Positions 26,801 through 50,036 of a stretch of DNA of 64,000 bases are shown one piece after another. Numbering within the stretch: position 1 is the first letter of the stretch; each line of letters opens with the position of its first letter. Made by a program: the position numbers and the translations under genes. The notes under the pieces were generated by a model that was not told where the DNA came from, made no database searches, and was given only the letters and a program-made list of their open reading frames with translations. Location: positions 320,035-384,034 of the forward strand of contig NW_019217808.1 of assembly GCF_002571385.2 (NCBI RefSeq), written 5' to 3'. The DNA is from Stylophora pistillata. Taxonomy: Eukaryota.

Positions 26801-28338
26801 AACACTCTTCTTGAAAGTGAAGGTTGAGTTGGTAAGAAGAAGTTCCATTTTGGTCAATCCTGGGGAAAAAGATCAAGACCCTACATGTATCACGAGACAA
26901 TATGCATGCAAATAGAATACGATAATTGACATTTGACTTCAATCTTCCATAGACTGTATCATATTTCTAATTAAGTAGCAAATGACAGTTTGTAGCCTTT
27001 TCTTACATCTAGGCAGTTCAAAAAGCCACGAAACTCTGGAACAAAATTCATCTCTCAAACTGGCAGTCTCAACCAACACTTTTCATTCACTAATTTTTTG
27101 TTTTTTCTCATTACCATGTTCCCACCAATAGTGTAGCTCCATTTTCTGCATGTAAAACACACACAACCCACAATTCCTCCATTTGCTCTGGACAAAGGGT
27201 TAATGCTTAAAATGTCGAATGAAAAAATTCTTTATGGAGGCCAATTAACAATATCAACTCAGTTGATAAAACCAGTTGATGTTGATGGTAGTCACTGTGC
27301 ACTTGTACAGTGTACATGTGGGTATTCCTAAGTTAGTTGAAAGAGCAATGTACCTGAACTGATGGGCTGTTAGCATCAATGTCCTTGGAATTATTCAAAA
27401 TAGCACTTTTGCCACTGTCCTCACTGCCAATTCTGCGTCTTTTAATGTCATCAGTATCAACATCAGCTGAGCCGCTGTCAGTATTGTCTTCTGACAGTGG
27501 ACGCCGAGGTCTATCATGAGTGGGGGAATTTCTCTTTGCTCTGCATGCCTCCAGTTCTTCACGCTTCTTAACAAGCTGGTTTTTTCTTGCCTGAGTTCTT
27601 GCTAATAATTTCTATTAAAAACAAATAAATTGTCACCAGTTAAGCATTTCTTTTTTGAAAAGTTTTCATAGATGAAAGGACAAATAAAAACAACTTAGAC
27701 GTAATAATAGGCTCTTAGTCTGAACTTATTTTATACACATTTTAAAACAGATTTAAAGTTTCGCCTAAAGCGTTGTTCAGTTACTTTTAACAAATGATTT
27801 GACAGTTACATTTCCGATAAGCTTCGGTAATTTTACTTTTGTACTGGAACGACTGGAATGTACTCGTGATTTCTGGCAGATCACGGAGGGATGAAGGACG
27901 TTGGGGTAGAAACATGCAAGTAATCTGAAGCACTACAAACCAATGTTTTATCTGGAATTTTTTTTCGTTGAACAGAAGATTAGAGACTAATTCTAAGTCT
28001 AACTAAAGTACAATAGCTACGTGCTGAGATTTTCAAAACTATTGACCATCGCGGTTTTTAGGAATCTTTCTGCCGGCCAACGTTATGCATCTGTTTGCCT
28101 GTTTTGGCGAAAAATAGTCCTTCGAACCAATTTCAATCTGTTTAGGTTTCAACTAACCACCGACGAGTACATTCTTATCATTCACAGAAACAAAAAACTG
28201 AATTATGAACAAGACCTCCACTGCGTATCCTTGAATCATTTCTAACGACAAGTTTCGCTTGAGTTTCTTGATTTGCGAGTTCTCCTCAAAACACTCTGTA
28301 AAAAAACTTGAAAGCATTACCTGTGTAAATGGATCCAT
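18063..28338 (-). CDS. ANLN: Anillin (actin-binding cytokinesis scaffold; anillin homology and PH domains); about 1044 aa, 17 exons
   Basis: Exons in plus coordinates: 28321-28338, 27354-27611, 26548-26727, 25142-26365, 24700-24900, 24252-24390, 23632-23775, 23444-23503, 22706-22832, 22366-22414, 22020-22115, 21067-21094, 20803-20918, 20373-20459, 19192-19299, 18696-18823, 18063-18234; all phase-compatible. Motifs: N-terminal MDPFTQKLLARTQARK; QQNIVLQASQALN...EIEAERVLLLA; PH domain [22 protein letters not shown]...YWRYPGDE...CARPNTIEL...LLAADTKSDRATW. Confidence 0.93.
19400..20155 (-). mobile_element. CORE-like SINE split by insertion of the hairpin DNA element (about 19552-20005)
   Basis: The SINE sequence stops at ...CAATTTGCCAGTAC and resumes at CAATTTATACTCCTGGGTG..., which is contiguous in the 14922-15222 copy. 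The intervening block starts with TTATTAACCAAGC and ends TGTAATAA. Confidence 0.65.
23833..23871. repeat. (AAT)n microsatellite
   Basis: About 13 perfect AAT units in an anillin intron. Confidence 0.9.
27085..27272 (+). mobile_element. Penelope-like terminal repeat fragment
   Basis: Matches the 38439-38631 repeat (CCATGTTCCCACCAATA...CCCACAATTCCTC...GCTCTG...AAGGGTTAATGCTTAAAATGTC...GGCCAATT...TCAACTCAGTTGATAAAACC). Confidence 0.6.
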
Positions 28339-29917
28339 TTTCAGTCTGGAACTCTATACCATTGGGGCGTCGAATAACGTTGAATATTCTCCTGTGTGAA
28401 AATATCGCCTTGTTGATTTCACCTTCGAACCGTTCACTGGTAAAGTCGATTTGAAAGTAAGCGCTTGAAACAATATCCTGTCACGTGAATCATAATGTGA
28501 CCCAGTCCACAACGGTTTAGAATGTTTACTTCGGGTTTTTGATTCATGCTGATTCATGGTAAGATAATTTTAAAAATGGCTCGTTACTCGTGATTCTGTC
28601 CGACACTTTACAAAATAAAAGATACAATTTGAAAATTGAAGAACTTTCCCCTCATTTTTTCTAATGCACTTTGTACAAGTCTGAGCCTTGCAAGTAGTAG
28701 AAAGACAGGCCACGTTTTGGGATTAATTTGACATCAGGGAGGGGAGGGTAAAAAGCGGAGTTTGTTCATTCTATGCCTAATCGGTACACAAAATACAAAA
28801 TCAAGCTGCCTCTAACTTTTCTTTCTCGTCAGAAAAACGTGATGAAGCACACGTTCTCCAAATTTAAAGTTTTCAGTGTCCTATCATTTAGTGAGTTAAG
28901 ATAAGAGTAGTTGAAAGGGAGGTTTCTCAATTGTTTGAAATCTTTGTACCAATTTTTTTTCCAAAATGAATGTTTGGCAGTTAATTGCCATTTCAGAGTG
29001 TCTTCTCATACAACTGAGGTCTGGTAAATATAAAAAAAACCCGAGAATTGTGTCCTGGTGGCAAGTAAAGTGAAAAGCCAGTCAGAAGGAAGATCACACT
29101 TCACTATGTCCCCCTTGTTAGGAGCTGGCTACAAGATAATTAATTTCCAAAATGCCTTTGCTGAGAACTGGGGCAACTTTATTCTTGTCACATAACTTCA
29201 AAATAATTTATTTTAACAGTAACAGTGGACTAAGAGTCACACCTTCAACTCACAAATTAGTTTAAAATAGTGGTTTTTAACTTGTTTCAAGAAATTACAG
29301 TTAACTGCAGATTGCTTTCAAAATTATGAATTTTGTTCCTCTGGAAAATACTTAATTAATATGTAATTTTTATTAATATATTTTTGACAGACACATATTT
29401 CTCAGGTTTACATGCCAGCATGTTCACACCTGCCAAAAGGTGTTAGGGGGAAGGTAATTGTCATAACCATTAAAGGAGCCGCCTGCTATGGCCTGAACAG
29501 CTTTCAAAAATTTAGCCTGTGTAATTCCTGTTCATCATATGTAATTCATATTAATCTTCCTCCCATTATAACATTTATTTTTCTTTTAACAATGGAGTTT
29601 AAAACAGCTTAAAATGGAATTCAATCATGAAAAGATTGTATGTTTCAACAACTCCATGTCATCATTTTGTTGGTCAGAGTACAGATAAATGTGGGTTTAT
29701 CTGTGTTAAATTTAAGGTACACTTAATTGAAATACAATATAACCAGCAAAGGCTGCTTATTATGCAAGAGATCTAGAGTCAGATTGAGTGTTTAACTTCT
29801 ACAAAATATTCTTTGAAAAAAATTGAAAACCATACTGAAATCTCAATTCTGACTCTTTTTCAAAGCAAATCAATTCACAGTATAAACAATGCCCTCTGCA
29901 AGCTGCATTTGATCTAA

Positions 29918-30362
29918 ATAATAATAATAAATAATAACTTGTATTTATATAGCGCTCATATCTTAAACTCATGGCGCTTTACAACACTGTACGGGGGAAT
30001 TTACCAGACTGCTAAGCAGTTCACAATCAAATGAAAGCGAATATAACAGATGCCCCCTCCCCCCTATTCCCAGTAAACAGGCCAGACCACATCACAGTAA
30101 TCTCATGAAGTGTGTTCTTTAACACCCCCTGCCTAACCAAATTAACTAATTAATAGTTGTAGGAGACAGGACCTCCATTTATTCGTCCCTATCCGAGAAG
30201 ACTAGAACATCTCACCATTTCTTGATCGATGTTATAGAAAGGTAGCATATTCTTCTCAATTATTTTAAGACCCTGAGTGTTGGTCCGGCCGGGGCTCGAA
30301 CCCTCGACCTCCCGCACAACAGTCCGGCGCTTAACCAATTGAGCTAACCGGGAGGCGGTTAG
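29918..30362 (-). mobile_element. tRNA-derived SINE (family 2) with LINE-type tail
   Basis: The minus-strand head AACCGCCTCCCGGTTAGCTCAATTGG (A box) ... GGTTCGAGCCCCGGCC (B box) is followed by a body and a tail ...AGCGCTATATAAATACAAG(TTA)n. A close copy lies at 40175-40533. Confidence 0.8.
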
Positions 30363-30366
30363 GCGG

Positions 30367-30495
30367 TGACCCTGATCAATAACAACAACTTTGTCAGCTT
30401 TCTCAATAGTGCTCAGACGATGGGCCACTATCAATACCGTGTGGCCAGTCAAATTCTTGTAAATTGCATCCTGGACAAGATGCTCACTTTCTGCA
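30367..30495 (-). pseudogene. 129-bp duplicated fragment of the ABCB9 NBD coding sequence
   Basis: Matches 30951-31079 with 3 mismatches (AESEHLVQDAIYKNLTGHTV.IVAHRLSTIEKADK.VVIDQG) and directly abuts the SINE head. Confidence 0.9.
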
Positions 30496-30739
30496 AAATC
30501 AAATGTAACTTAACTTTTTATGCCTTCTATACAATATTGAACCTCATAAAATCTGACTTGCATTTATTTGAAAATGCTGACAGGATTCATTAACTCATCA
30601 TACAACAAATTCATTGCCATTGCTGATGTCTACCCTGACAAAAACATTTAAAATTTTAAGGTTTTCTTCCTCTTAACAACAGATTTGAAGGTTAACTTAA
30701 AAGAAAGATTACTGAAGCTCCTTTTACAGGCTCACAAGA

Positions 30740-33169
30740 TCACTTTCTAGACAAAGCTGAGAGGTGTGGACTAGAAGAATAAGGAGAATTGCTTCCATCA
30801 CTGCTCTCCGAATCGCTCTGATCAATATGTCTGGATCCAACATGCTGTGAAGAATTTCTTCCTTCCAGCCCTAACATTTGGCGGCTCACAAGCTTTGCAT
30901 AGAGTCCATTTTGTTCCACTAGCTCTTTATGCTTTCCTTGGGCAATAACTTGACCCTGATCAATAACAACAATTTTGTCAGCTTTCTCAATAGTGCTCAG
31001 ACGATGGGCCACTATCATTACGGTGTGGCCAGTCAAATTCTTGTAAATTGCATCCTGGACAAGATGCTCACTTTCTGCATCTAAAGCACTAGTAGCCTCA
31101 TCCAGCAGGAGGATTTGAGGATTGCGAACTAATGCTCTAGCAATAGCGACCCTTTGCTTTTGACCACCTGATAACTGCAAGCCCTTTTCACCAGTTTCTG
31201 TGTTATATCCCTGCGGCATATCACTGATAAAAGAATGTGCATTGGCAAGTTTGGACACATTTTCCACTAAACATTGATCAATCTCATCATTACCAAGACC
31301 ATATGCAATGTTTTCCTTGACTGATCTAGCAAACAGTACTGGTTCCTGACCAACCAGAGCCACTTTGTTGTGCAAATATTTGTGATCAAAATTCTTCACT
31401 GGGATTGAATCAATCAAAACTTCACCAGAAGTTGGCTCATAAAAGTGCTCTAGAAGACTTATGCAGGTGCTCTTCCCACCACCACTGGGACCCACTAGAG
31501 CAATCACTTCACCTGGTTTGATGCTAAATGACACCTTATCCAAGACTGTAATATCTGGTCTTGTGGGATATGCAAAGGAAACATTTTGAAATGTAACTTC
31601 ACCTGAAACTTCACCAGGAGTAACAACACCACTGTTCTGAATCTTGGGTTCTCGGTCAATGAGTTCAAATACTTTCTGAGAAGCACCAACAGCCTCCATA
31701 AGACCTGTATATATCTCACCTACTTCATCTATGTAAAAGCTAAGCTGAAGTAGATACAGTATGAAAGATACTAAATATCCACCGGTCAGATCTCCATTAA
31801 TTACTAAATGGCCACCATAGAGTAGAACAATGACGTCAATGGCAAGGGAAAGAATTTCAGTCCACCATCTATATCCTCCATACAGGAAGGATTCCTTGAC
31901 TTTAAGTCTATATATTCCATCTTGTTTGCTCTTGTATCGTTCATATTCACCATCTTCATTTGCAAAGCTTCGAACAGTCTTCATGGAAGATACAACTTCT
32001 GCTGCAATTTCATTTGCCTTGGCAGTTTCTTCTTGAACTTCTGTTGCCAACTTCTTATAGTAGTCTCCATAAATGTCTGAGATAAGTGCAACCAAAGGCA
32101 AGCCAACCAGGGTTACAATAGTTAACTTCCAAGAAAGTTTGAACATAAAAACACATGTACCAATGGACTGAACGCAGTTCCGCAGAAAAACGTTTATGTT
32201 TAATCCTACTTGATCTGACATCTTTGTTGTGTCTGAGCTCAAACGCGAGACAATATCTCCTGTCTTTGTACTATCAAAGAATCCAATTTCTTGTTTCACA
32301 ATAGAGCCAAATAAAAAATTACTGATCCTCTTGGTAAATCTTGCCGCAATCAAGTTGAACAGCCCACCACGCAAGCCAGCTGCGATTGCTGTACCAAGTG
32401 ATATGAGTGTCATTATGACAATGGCATTCAAAAACTTGGTCTTGTCCTTATCAATGGCAATAGCATCTATGACCTGTCCAGTGTAATAAGGAATGAATAT
32501 TTCACCAGTTGCTGCAAGTAAGAGGAAAACAGATGCCAAAGAAATGTAAGGAAGGTCTGGTTTGCAATAAGACATCAGTCTCCAAGCAGAAATATTGTTT
32601 TTCTTCCCATTAGCGCTAGTCTCTTCCGAATCTTGAAAATCGTCCACAGTGATGAGAGCCTCTCTTTCTTGTATTGTGCCAGTTTCTTGTTCTGTAGATA
32701 AGGCCGTGATTTTGATTTTAGAGAGGAAATGCCACAGACCATTAGCAATCACCGTGGCAACTACAGTCCATCCCAGGAATAACCCCAACCAAATATTTGA
32801 CGTTTTGTCCAATTCACATTCCGTGCTGACAAGGAATTTGGTTACAACGAAGACGACGACTCCAACGCTGTAATAAAGCCAAGGTTTCTTAAATGTGATA
32901 ATTCTGGAAACTGCATCCATTTTGCGTTTAGCAAACAGTATTCCCAAGACGGCACCAAATAAAGTGCAACAGCGTACCAAAGACAAAATCCACAAATCAA
33001 AAACCGAGGAACAAAATTTGAATTTTTCCACTTGTGAACGTTCATTAAAACTAGACAGGTGCTTTCCATGAATAAGCAACACAACAGAAAAGAGGGTGTC
33101 CATAACTCCTCCCAAAATACAGGAAAAGAGTGGTTTGGTTAATCCATGTCCACGCGAACAATCCACCAT
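30740..33169 (-). CDS. ABCB9: ABC transporter subfamily B half-transporter, ABCB9/TAPL-like peptide transporter; intronless, 809 aa
   Basis: One uninterrupted ORF. It has a hydrophobic TMD0-like N-terminus, a core TMD (GEIFIPYYTG, QEIGFFDSTKTGDIVSRL, SSMKTVRSFANE), Walker A GPSGGGKS, Q-loop VGQEP, signature LSGGQKQR, Walker B ILLLDEATSALD and H-loop AHRLS. Confidence 0.9.
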   Translation of the reverse strand: MVDCSRGHGLTKPLFSCILGGVMDTLFSVVLLIHGKHLSSFNERSQVEKFKFCSSVFDLWILSLVRCCTLFGAVLGILFAKRKMDAVSRIITFKKPWLYYSVGVVVFVVTKFLVSTECELDKTSNIWLGLFLGWTVVATVIANGLWHFLSKIKITALSTEQETGTIQEREALITVDDFQDSEETSANGKKNNISAWRLMSYCKPDLPYISLASVFLLLAATGEIFIPYYTGQVIDAIAIDKDKTKFLNAIVIMTLISLGTAIAAGLRGGLFNLIAARFTKRISNFLFGSIVKQEIGFFDSTKTGDIVSRLSSDTTKMSDQVGLNINVFLRNCVQSIGTCVFMFKLSWKLTIVTLVGLPLVALISDIYGDYYKKLATEVQEETAKANEIAAEVVSSMKTVRSFANEDGEYERYKSKQDGIYRLKVKESFLYGGYRWWTEILSLAIDVIVLLYGGHLVINGDLTGGYLVSFILYLLQLSFYIDEVGEIYTGLMEAVGASQKVFELIDREPKIQNSGVVTPGEVSGEVTFQNVSFAYPTRPDITVLDKVSFSIKPGEVIALVGPSGGGKSTCISLLEHFYEPTSGEVLIDSIPVKNFDHKYLHNKVALVGQEPVLFARSVKENIAYGLGNDEIDQCLVENVSKLANAHSFISDMPQGYNTETGEKGLQLSGGQKQRVAIARALVRNPQILLLDEATSALDAESEHLVQDAIYKNLTGHTVMIVAHRLSTIEKADKIVVIDQGQVIAQGKHKELVEQNGLYAKLVSRQMLGLEGRNSSQHVGSRHIDQSDSESSDGSNSPYSSSPHLSALSRK

Positions 33170-33525
33170 GTTTTTTCAAGCACGGATGCAGGTAAACAGA
33201 GCTATTAAACTTGGTTTGTGGCACTTTTTCCTGGATTATGTCGCTACAAAAAAAAATCACTTCACAAATGTCTTGTTTGAGAATTAAAAACGTCGTTGAT
33301 AGATAATCTAAGATGCCACGACTCTTATTCCCGGCAAAGTTCGGGTTTTCACCCGGCGAAAAGTGCAACGGGCATCACTCGTCTCTTCGCAACTTTGCCG
33401 CGAAACATTCGTAAACTTTCGGAGATGCTCGTAGAGGTCTGAGTACAAGGAGGTGTCCCCCAGTAATCGCGGTCACGTGCCACTTCCTTGCATGCTCAGA
33501 CCAAGTTCGGCAGAATTTAGTGAAG
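33170..33525. promoter_or_regulatory. Probable bidirectional promoter shared by ABCB9 and VPS35
   Basis: Only 356 bp separate the divergent start codons. The interval is CpG-enriched and contains GTCACGTG (33472-33479) next to ETS-like CACTTCC (33481-33487). Confidence 0.6.
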
Positions 33526-45405
<11,880 letters not shown>

Positions 45406-48113
45406 AATTTATTACCCAGTAGATGATTATTAGCTAAATAAGTACTTTAACCAGTAAAATTGAAAGGGTGCTTCTAGACGGACTGACAACATCATAGACT
45501 ACAGTAGATGCCTCATTTAGGGGAAGCCTTAAGGGCAGTAATGAATGTTCCATGAACATAGGCATCCCCTATGGTAGAGGGACCAAAGTTAATGTTCCTA
45601 GAACGAGGGGTGTTTCGAGGTATGTGGATGGAAAAAAAACACCTTGTCAGGATTTCTTTCTTGTCACTTATTAAAGCCGCAACGTTTGGTTTGAAGTGAG
45701 ACGTCAAGCCTTTTATTTCACTTAAATTGACTCATGTAATCGAAATCAGATCTTGCTGCATTGTTCTTTCAATACAATTGCGAAGAATTCAGGGAAGAAA
45801 ATTCAGATGACTTTTCAAAGTTCGTTTGAGGTGGTTCATCAGACCAGTACTTACCTGGTTCTCAATTACCTTTGTTCAGTCTTTGCCAAATATCGCGAGG
45901 TTAATACGTGGAAGGAAAAAAAGAGATACGTAGGTCCGTTGTAGAATTTTACGCGACTAGTGCAACCTTGTTGCAAGCGTTAAATTCACGTTTAATCAAG
46001 GGTACTGTACGTTTTCCACCCAGAAGACGTTGCGATACTTCAGGGTGTCAGTGGCTCAGGGTACCATACACTGATTAGTATTTGCGCGCGTGTTGCAGTG
46101 TGTCGTGCGACGTAAAAAATTGATAAACTTCTTATGTTTATAAATGTTTGGTTATATTCATCGGCTGGTCCAAATCTTGATGTAAGTTTATCCGGTAATT
46201 GTGGATTCAAATTGGGGAGCAGAATGAAATAACGATGTTGGTCGCGCTCCACGCTCGAACTTCTCTTCACCTGACCTTATCACGTGTATAGCTTGTTGTG
46301 TGGCGACTATGAAGGAGACTACGGGTTTCCAAGTCTAGAGAAGTGTTCTTTTTTTTAGTAGTGAAGAGTCAAAGAGAACCAAATTTGAACATGTCAAGTT
46401 GAATATTTTAAAATTTGATTTAAAGATTGCAAGCAGAATTTGTTTTCATGGGTCAGGCAAAGAGCTTGTTTATGTATGTTGTAAAAATTTTCCTCCATAG
46501 TGACATGGAATCGCGGGCAGCGTTTCTGTGTTCTGTGTACACTTGCTTTCAGAGTAAGGCCACGGGCAAATCCACTGTTGGGAACGTTCTATTTCCTGAA
46601 GAATAAAGATCATATTCTTGAGAACCGTCGTTTTAAAATGCTTTTGATTTGACAGACATTTTTCGAGACAGCAAAACACCCTGGCACAAGACTGTGATAG
46701 CCTTCTCAAGAAACTCTGGTATCCATGCTCGCTTATTTCTTGTTAATGCGTTAGGTAAAGTTAGTGATCTTTTTTCTAGTGATACGTTAACTGAAGTATA
46801 ATACCGATGTAAATTCAAAAATTCTTCAAATAAATATGGATTTTTAATTATTTTCTTACCTTTCCTTTCTAAGAAGCTTTGCATACGTTAACCAGCATCG
46901 AAGCGTGAGCGAGCCCGTAACTTCTCACCCCCTCCCCCATTTTACTCTCACCTTTTGCCACCCCAAAAAGAAGCAAACAAATTAGAAACAAACAGACAAA
47001 AGAAAACGCTTCTCATCTTAATGAAAAGTCCCAAGGAGAAAAGGAAGGAGAAAAGCATTATTGTCTCTAATTTTATATCTGACTTCCTTTATTTCTTTTC
47101 AGTGATTCTTAATTTCTCTCCAGTTTTCACAGAAGAAAGGGATTTCAAGTTCACATTATTATAACTCCGCTTTTGTCGATTGTTCTCGGGAGAGAGGAAG
47201 TATCAGGCTGCGCGCTCTAGATGGTAAGCTGAATAATTGACGCAATTTGATTGGTTCTTGTGATCCAATGGAGGACAGACGCACAGATGACGTCACGATA
47301 AAGTTTCCTTTCTAATTTGCCTTTTTTTTTTTATAGAAAACTAATAGATTCCATGTTGACGTGAGTATTTGCAGTAGCAGTAATAGGTCACAGATGTTAA
47401 AAGGTTGTAAGAACATTGTCGACGCACTCGGCAGCACCTTGTATTTTGTTCTTACAACGTATTGAGTCATCTGTTTTCTATTACCGAACAAACACACAGC
47501 AACATGGAATCTGGTTGTTAAACTTTTGCGGTATCCTTCGATCGCAGAGATAAGGTTCCTCGAAGTAAGGAAAAAATTTCCCGTGAATTAAACGCTTCAA
47601 AAAACTCCAGGGGAATAAGGGAGTTATCGGTTCCACCTGTCCACTAGTGATTGGAAAAACAATGAAAAGAGGATAAGAAAATCAGATAGTAAAATGTAGG
47701 AAACATACACAAGTTTTCCTAAGTTGGACAGAGGACACTTGATTGTGCAACTTTTCTCTATTTCTCTTCTTTTGTCTTTCAACTTTTAATTTCTAAAACC
47801 TTAACACGTTCGTGCTGTGTTGCATGTTATTTTTCCGAGAGTTCTAGTTTACAGATAAACTATCATTTCTGTCTCCCGGAAACATTTTTGCGTGTTTTCT
47901 GTTGAAGCAGCAGGAAATTAACGAGGTCTTAAACGCCGTGCCTTCTGTTGTTCTTTGAGTTACAGCAACCTTGATCTGCTGGGTACATTTCACTTAAAAA
48001 CCTGAGAAGGTACTACCTACTGCTAAAAACACAGACGAAAACAACGAAAAAACTCTTAATCCCCTGCCTTACGACGTTTTATCGTCATATTTTCATCAAA
48101 ATGCGGAAAAAAC

Positions 48114-48260
48114 ACAGTTGAACCTCTCCACCACGGCCGCCGTGAAGACAGAAGAAAGTGGCCGTTGTAGAAAGGTTTAAATGAATGTATGTACAGCCCG
48201 CCGGGAGCGAAAAAAGTGACCGTTGGCAGAGTGGTGAACGTTAGTGAAGGTTCAGCTGTA
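48114..48260. mobile_element. Tc1/mariner-like MITE
   Basis: Ends are CAGTTGAACCTC and GAAGGTTCAGCTG-TA, with internal GGCCGTTG-like subrepeats. Confidence 0.5.
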
Positions 48261-50036
48261 GTTATCGGCGAAAAGTTTTCCAGTGACTTTTCTTTTAGTA
48301 TGATTTTAAACATCACCTTCCCCTCCCTCTGTTTTATGCTCACCAAAACTAGTCTAATGATGCGGACCAAAAAATCCTCAAATATCATTTATTTCCCCTT
48401 TTCTTGGATTTAAAGAAGATAATTTTGAAAGGAATATTCAAAATCTCAGGAAAATCAAGCTGTCAAGCTGCTGAAATAACACGATTTTTTTAGGTAAAAT
48501 GATGGCAAACACCGTTAAGAATAAATAAATAGATTAACAAATGAAATGACGATCGAAGAAATAAAGTAAACGTATGGATCATTCCCTTCAATAACACAGT
48601 TGAAGCTCGTTTATTATGCATATTGATTGTAAAATAGCGTAGGGGGGCGTCATAGAGATTGAGAACATAGATAAAGCTTTAACAATATCGTGGTGTTCAA
48701 AATAGTCAGATTAATTCTCTAATTTGTTTCAAGCATACAATCAATTTTCATCGAACTCGTCAGTTTGGTGGCTAAAAGATATTGACTCGTCAAACTTTAA
48801 TTATTTTGAACATAACAATTCGAAATTTCCGGCTTCACAAAGCATCGTAAGTGATCGCTCGATAACCTTTTGCCTTTTTTCAGCATTTTATCTTATTCTA
48901 AAGATTTAGAATATGTCTAGTTTTTTTCTGGTATTTAGAGTATTTTTTGCATACGAATTGATTTTTAGCGAGAGGGTACCTCGCTTTTGAAAATATATAT
49001 CATTTGAGGAGACGAAATATTGTGACGTATCAGTGGAAGTTGTTTTTCACCGGCCGCCGGACTCGCATTCTACGGAAAAACAAATGCTGTTTTCAATTCG
49101 AAATCAAGAGAAATATTCTGTTGTCAGAAAATGAGGTGTTTTTTGAACAAGGCTGTAAAATACTTCACGTCACCTCAAGTGGACGTAACATGTGAATAGT
49201 ACTTCATAACAAATGTTTCCACCTACGAATTTTGCGACCTTGGTCGATAAGCCTTTGAAAGGTTTTGGAAATTAAGAAAAAAAAGTGACATTTTTTTTTT
49301 CTTTCTGAGTTGCGACAGCAAGAAATAGCATTGTTCCAAACGCAAAGAAATTACCGCTCTCTAATTTTAGCTTTCATTCTCTTGTCACCCCGAGATTAAT
49401 AGTTCTTGTTTTACTTTTATTGCAATCAAGAAATGTACATGCTAATGTGGAAAAGTATATTAAGCAAATGGGTTTTTTGGCGTTCACAATTTTATCCTTA
49501 GACAGTTTTCCCTCCCCTTTTTTTTTCTGCACTTTTGAAACATTTGTGCTTAATGGAGGTACTGTTTCCTCCCCTTAAAACGGGTTTTTTCGCTCGTAGT
49601 CGTCCAGGACACAGCCCAATTATTTTAAAATTTATTCATGTTGAATTTTACCCTTATTGTTTATCTTATTTAAAAACATAGAAACATTTAGTTTTTTCCT
49701 GGCCTCCGACTGTTTTAGGACCCTCTTAATCAGCCTGTTAAATTGAAAAAAAAACAGAGCATATTAGTCCAGAGGTCGTTTGCATTATGCAGGGCTTTAA
49801 AACAAGAGAAATAAACTTATTTCATGACGGCGATTTTTCTCTTGGACAGCTGACTATCGGCACCGGATGGTTATTTGAATAGATCATCGGACAAGGAAAA
49901 TAGCTTTGTTTTAATTTGGCTCTTTTTGATTGGTAGAATGTGCTGGAAAGCTGGCTTTTTCAAAAGCTACTTTAAGTTATAAACAGTCGTGAGACTCGTA
50001 CGAAGATCAAGTCGTGGAAGTTCTCACAACGTGAAA

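Noticed and set aside
30280-30362. tRNA-like sequence on the minus strand (also at 40450-40533)
   Set aside because: A and B boxes are present, but the sequence continues into a shared SINE body and tail in both copies, and the copies differ in the anticodon arm. This is a SINE head, not a tRNA gene.
30189-30452. 87-aa ORF resembling an ABC-transporter C-terminus
   Set aside because: It is a chimera of the 129-bp ABCB9 duplicate and SINE sequence. It lacks Walker motifs and a true start.
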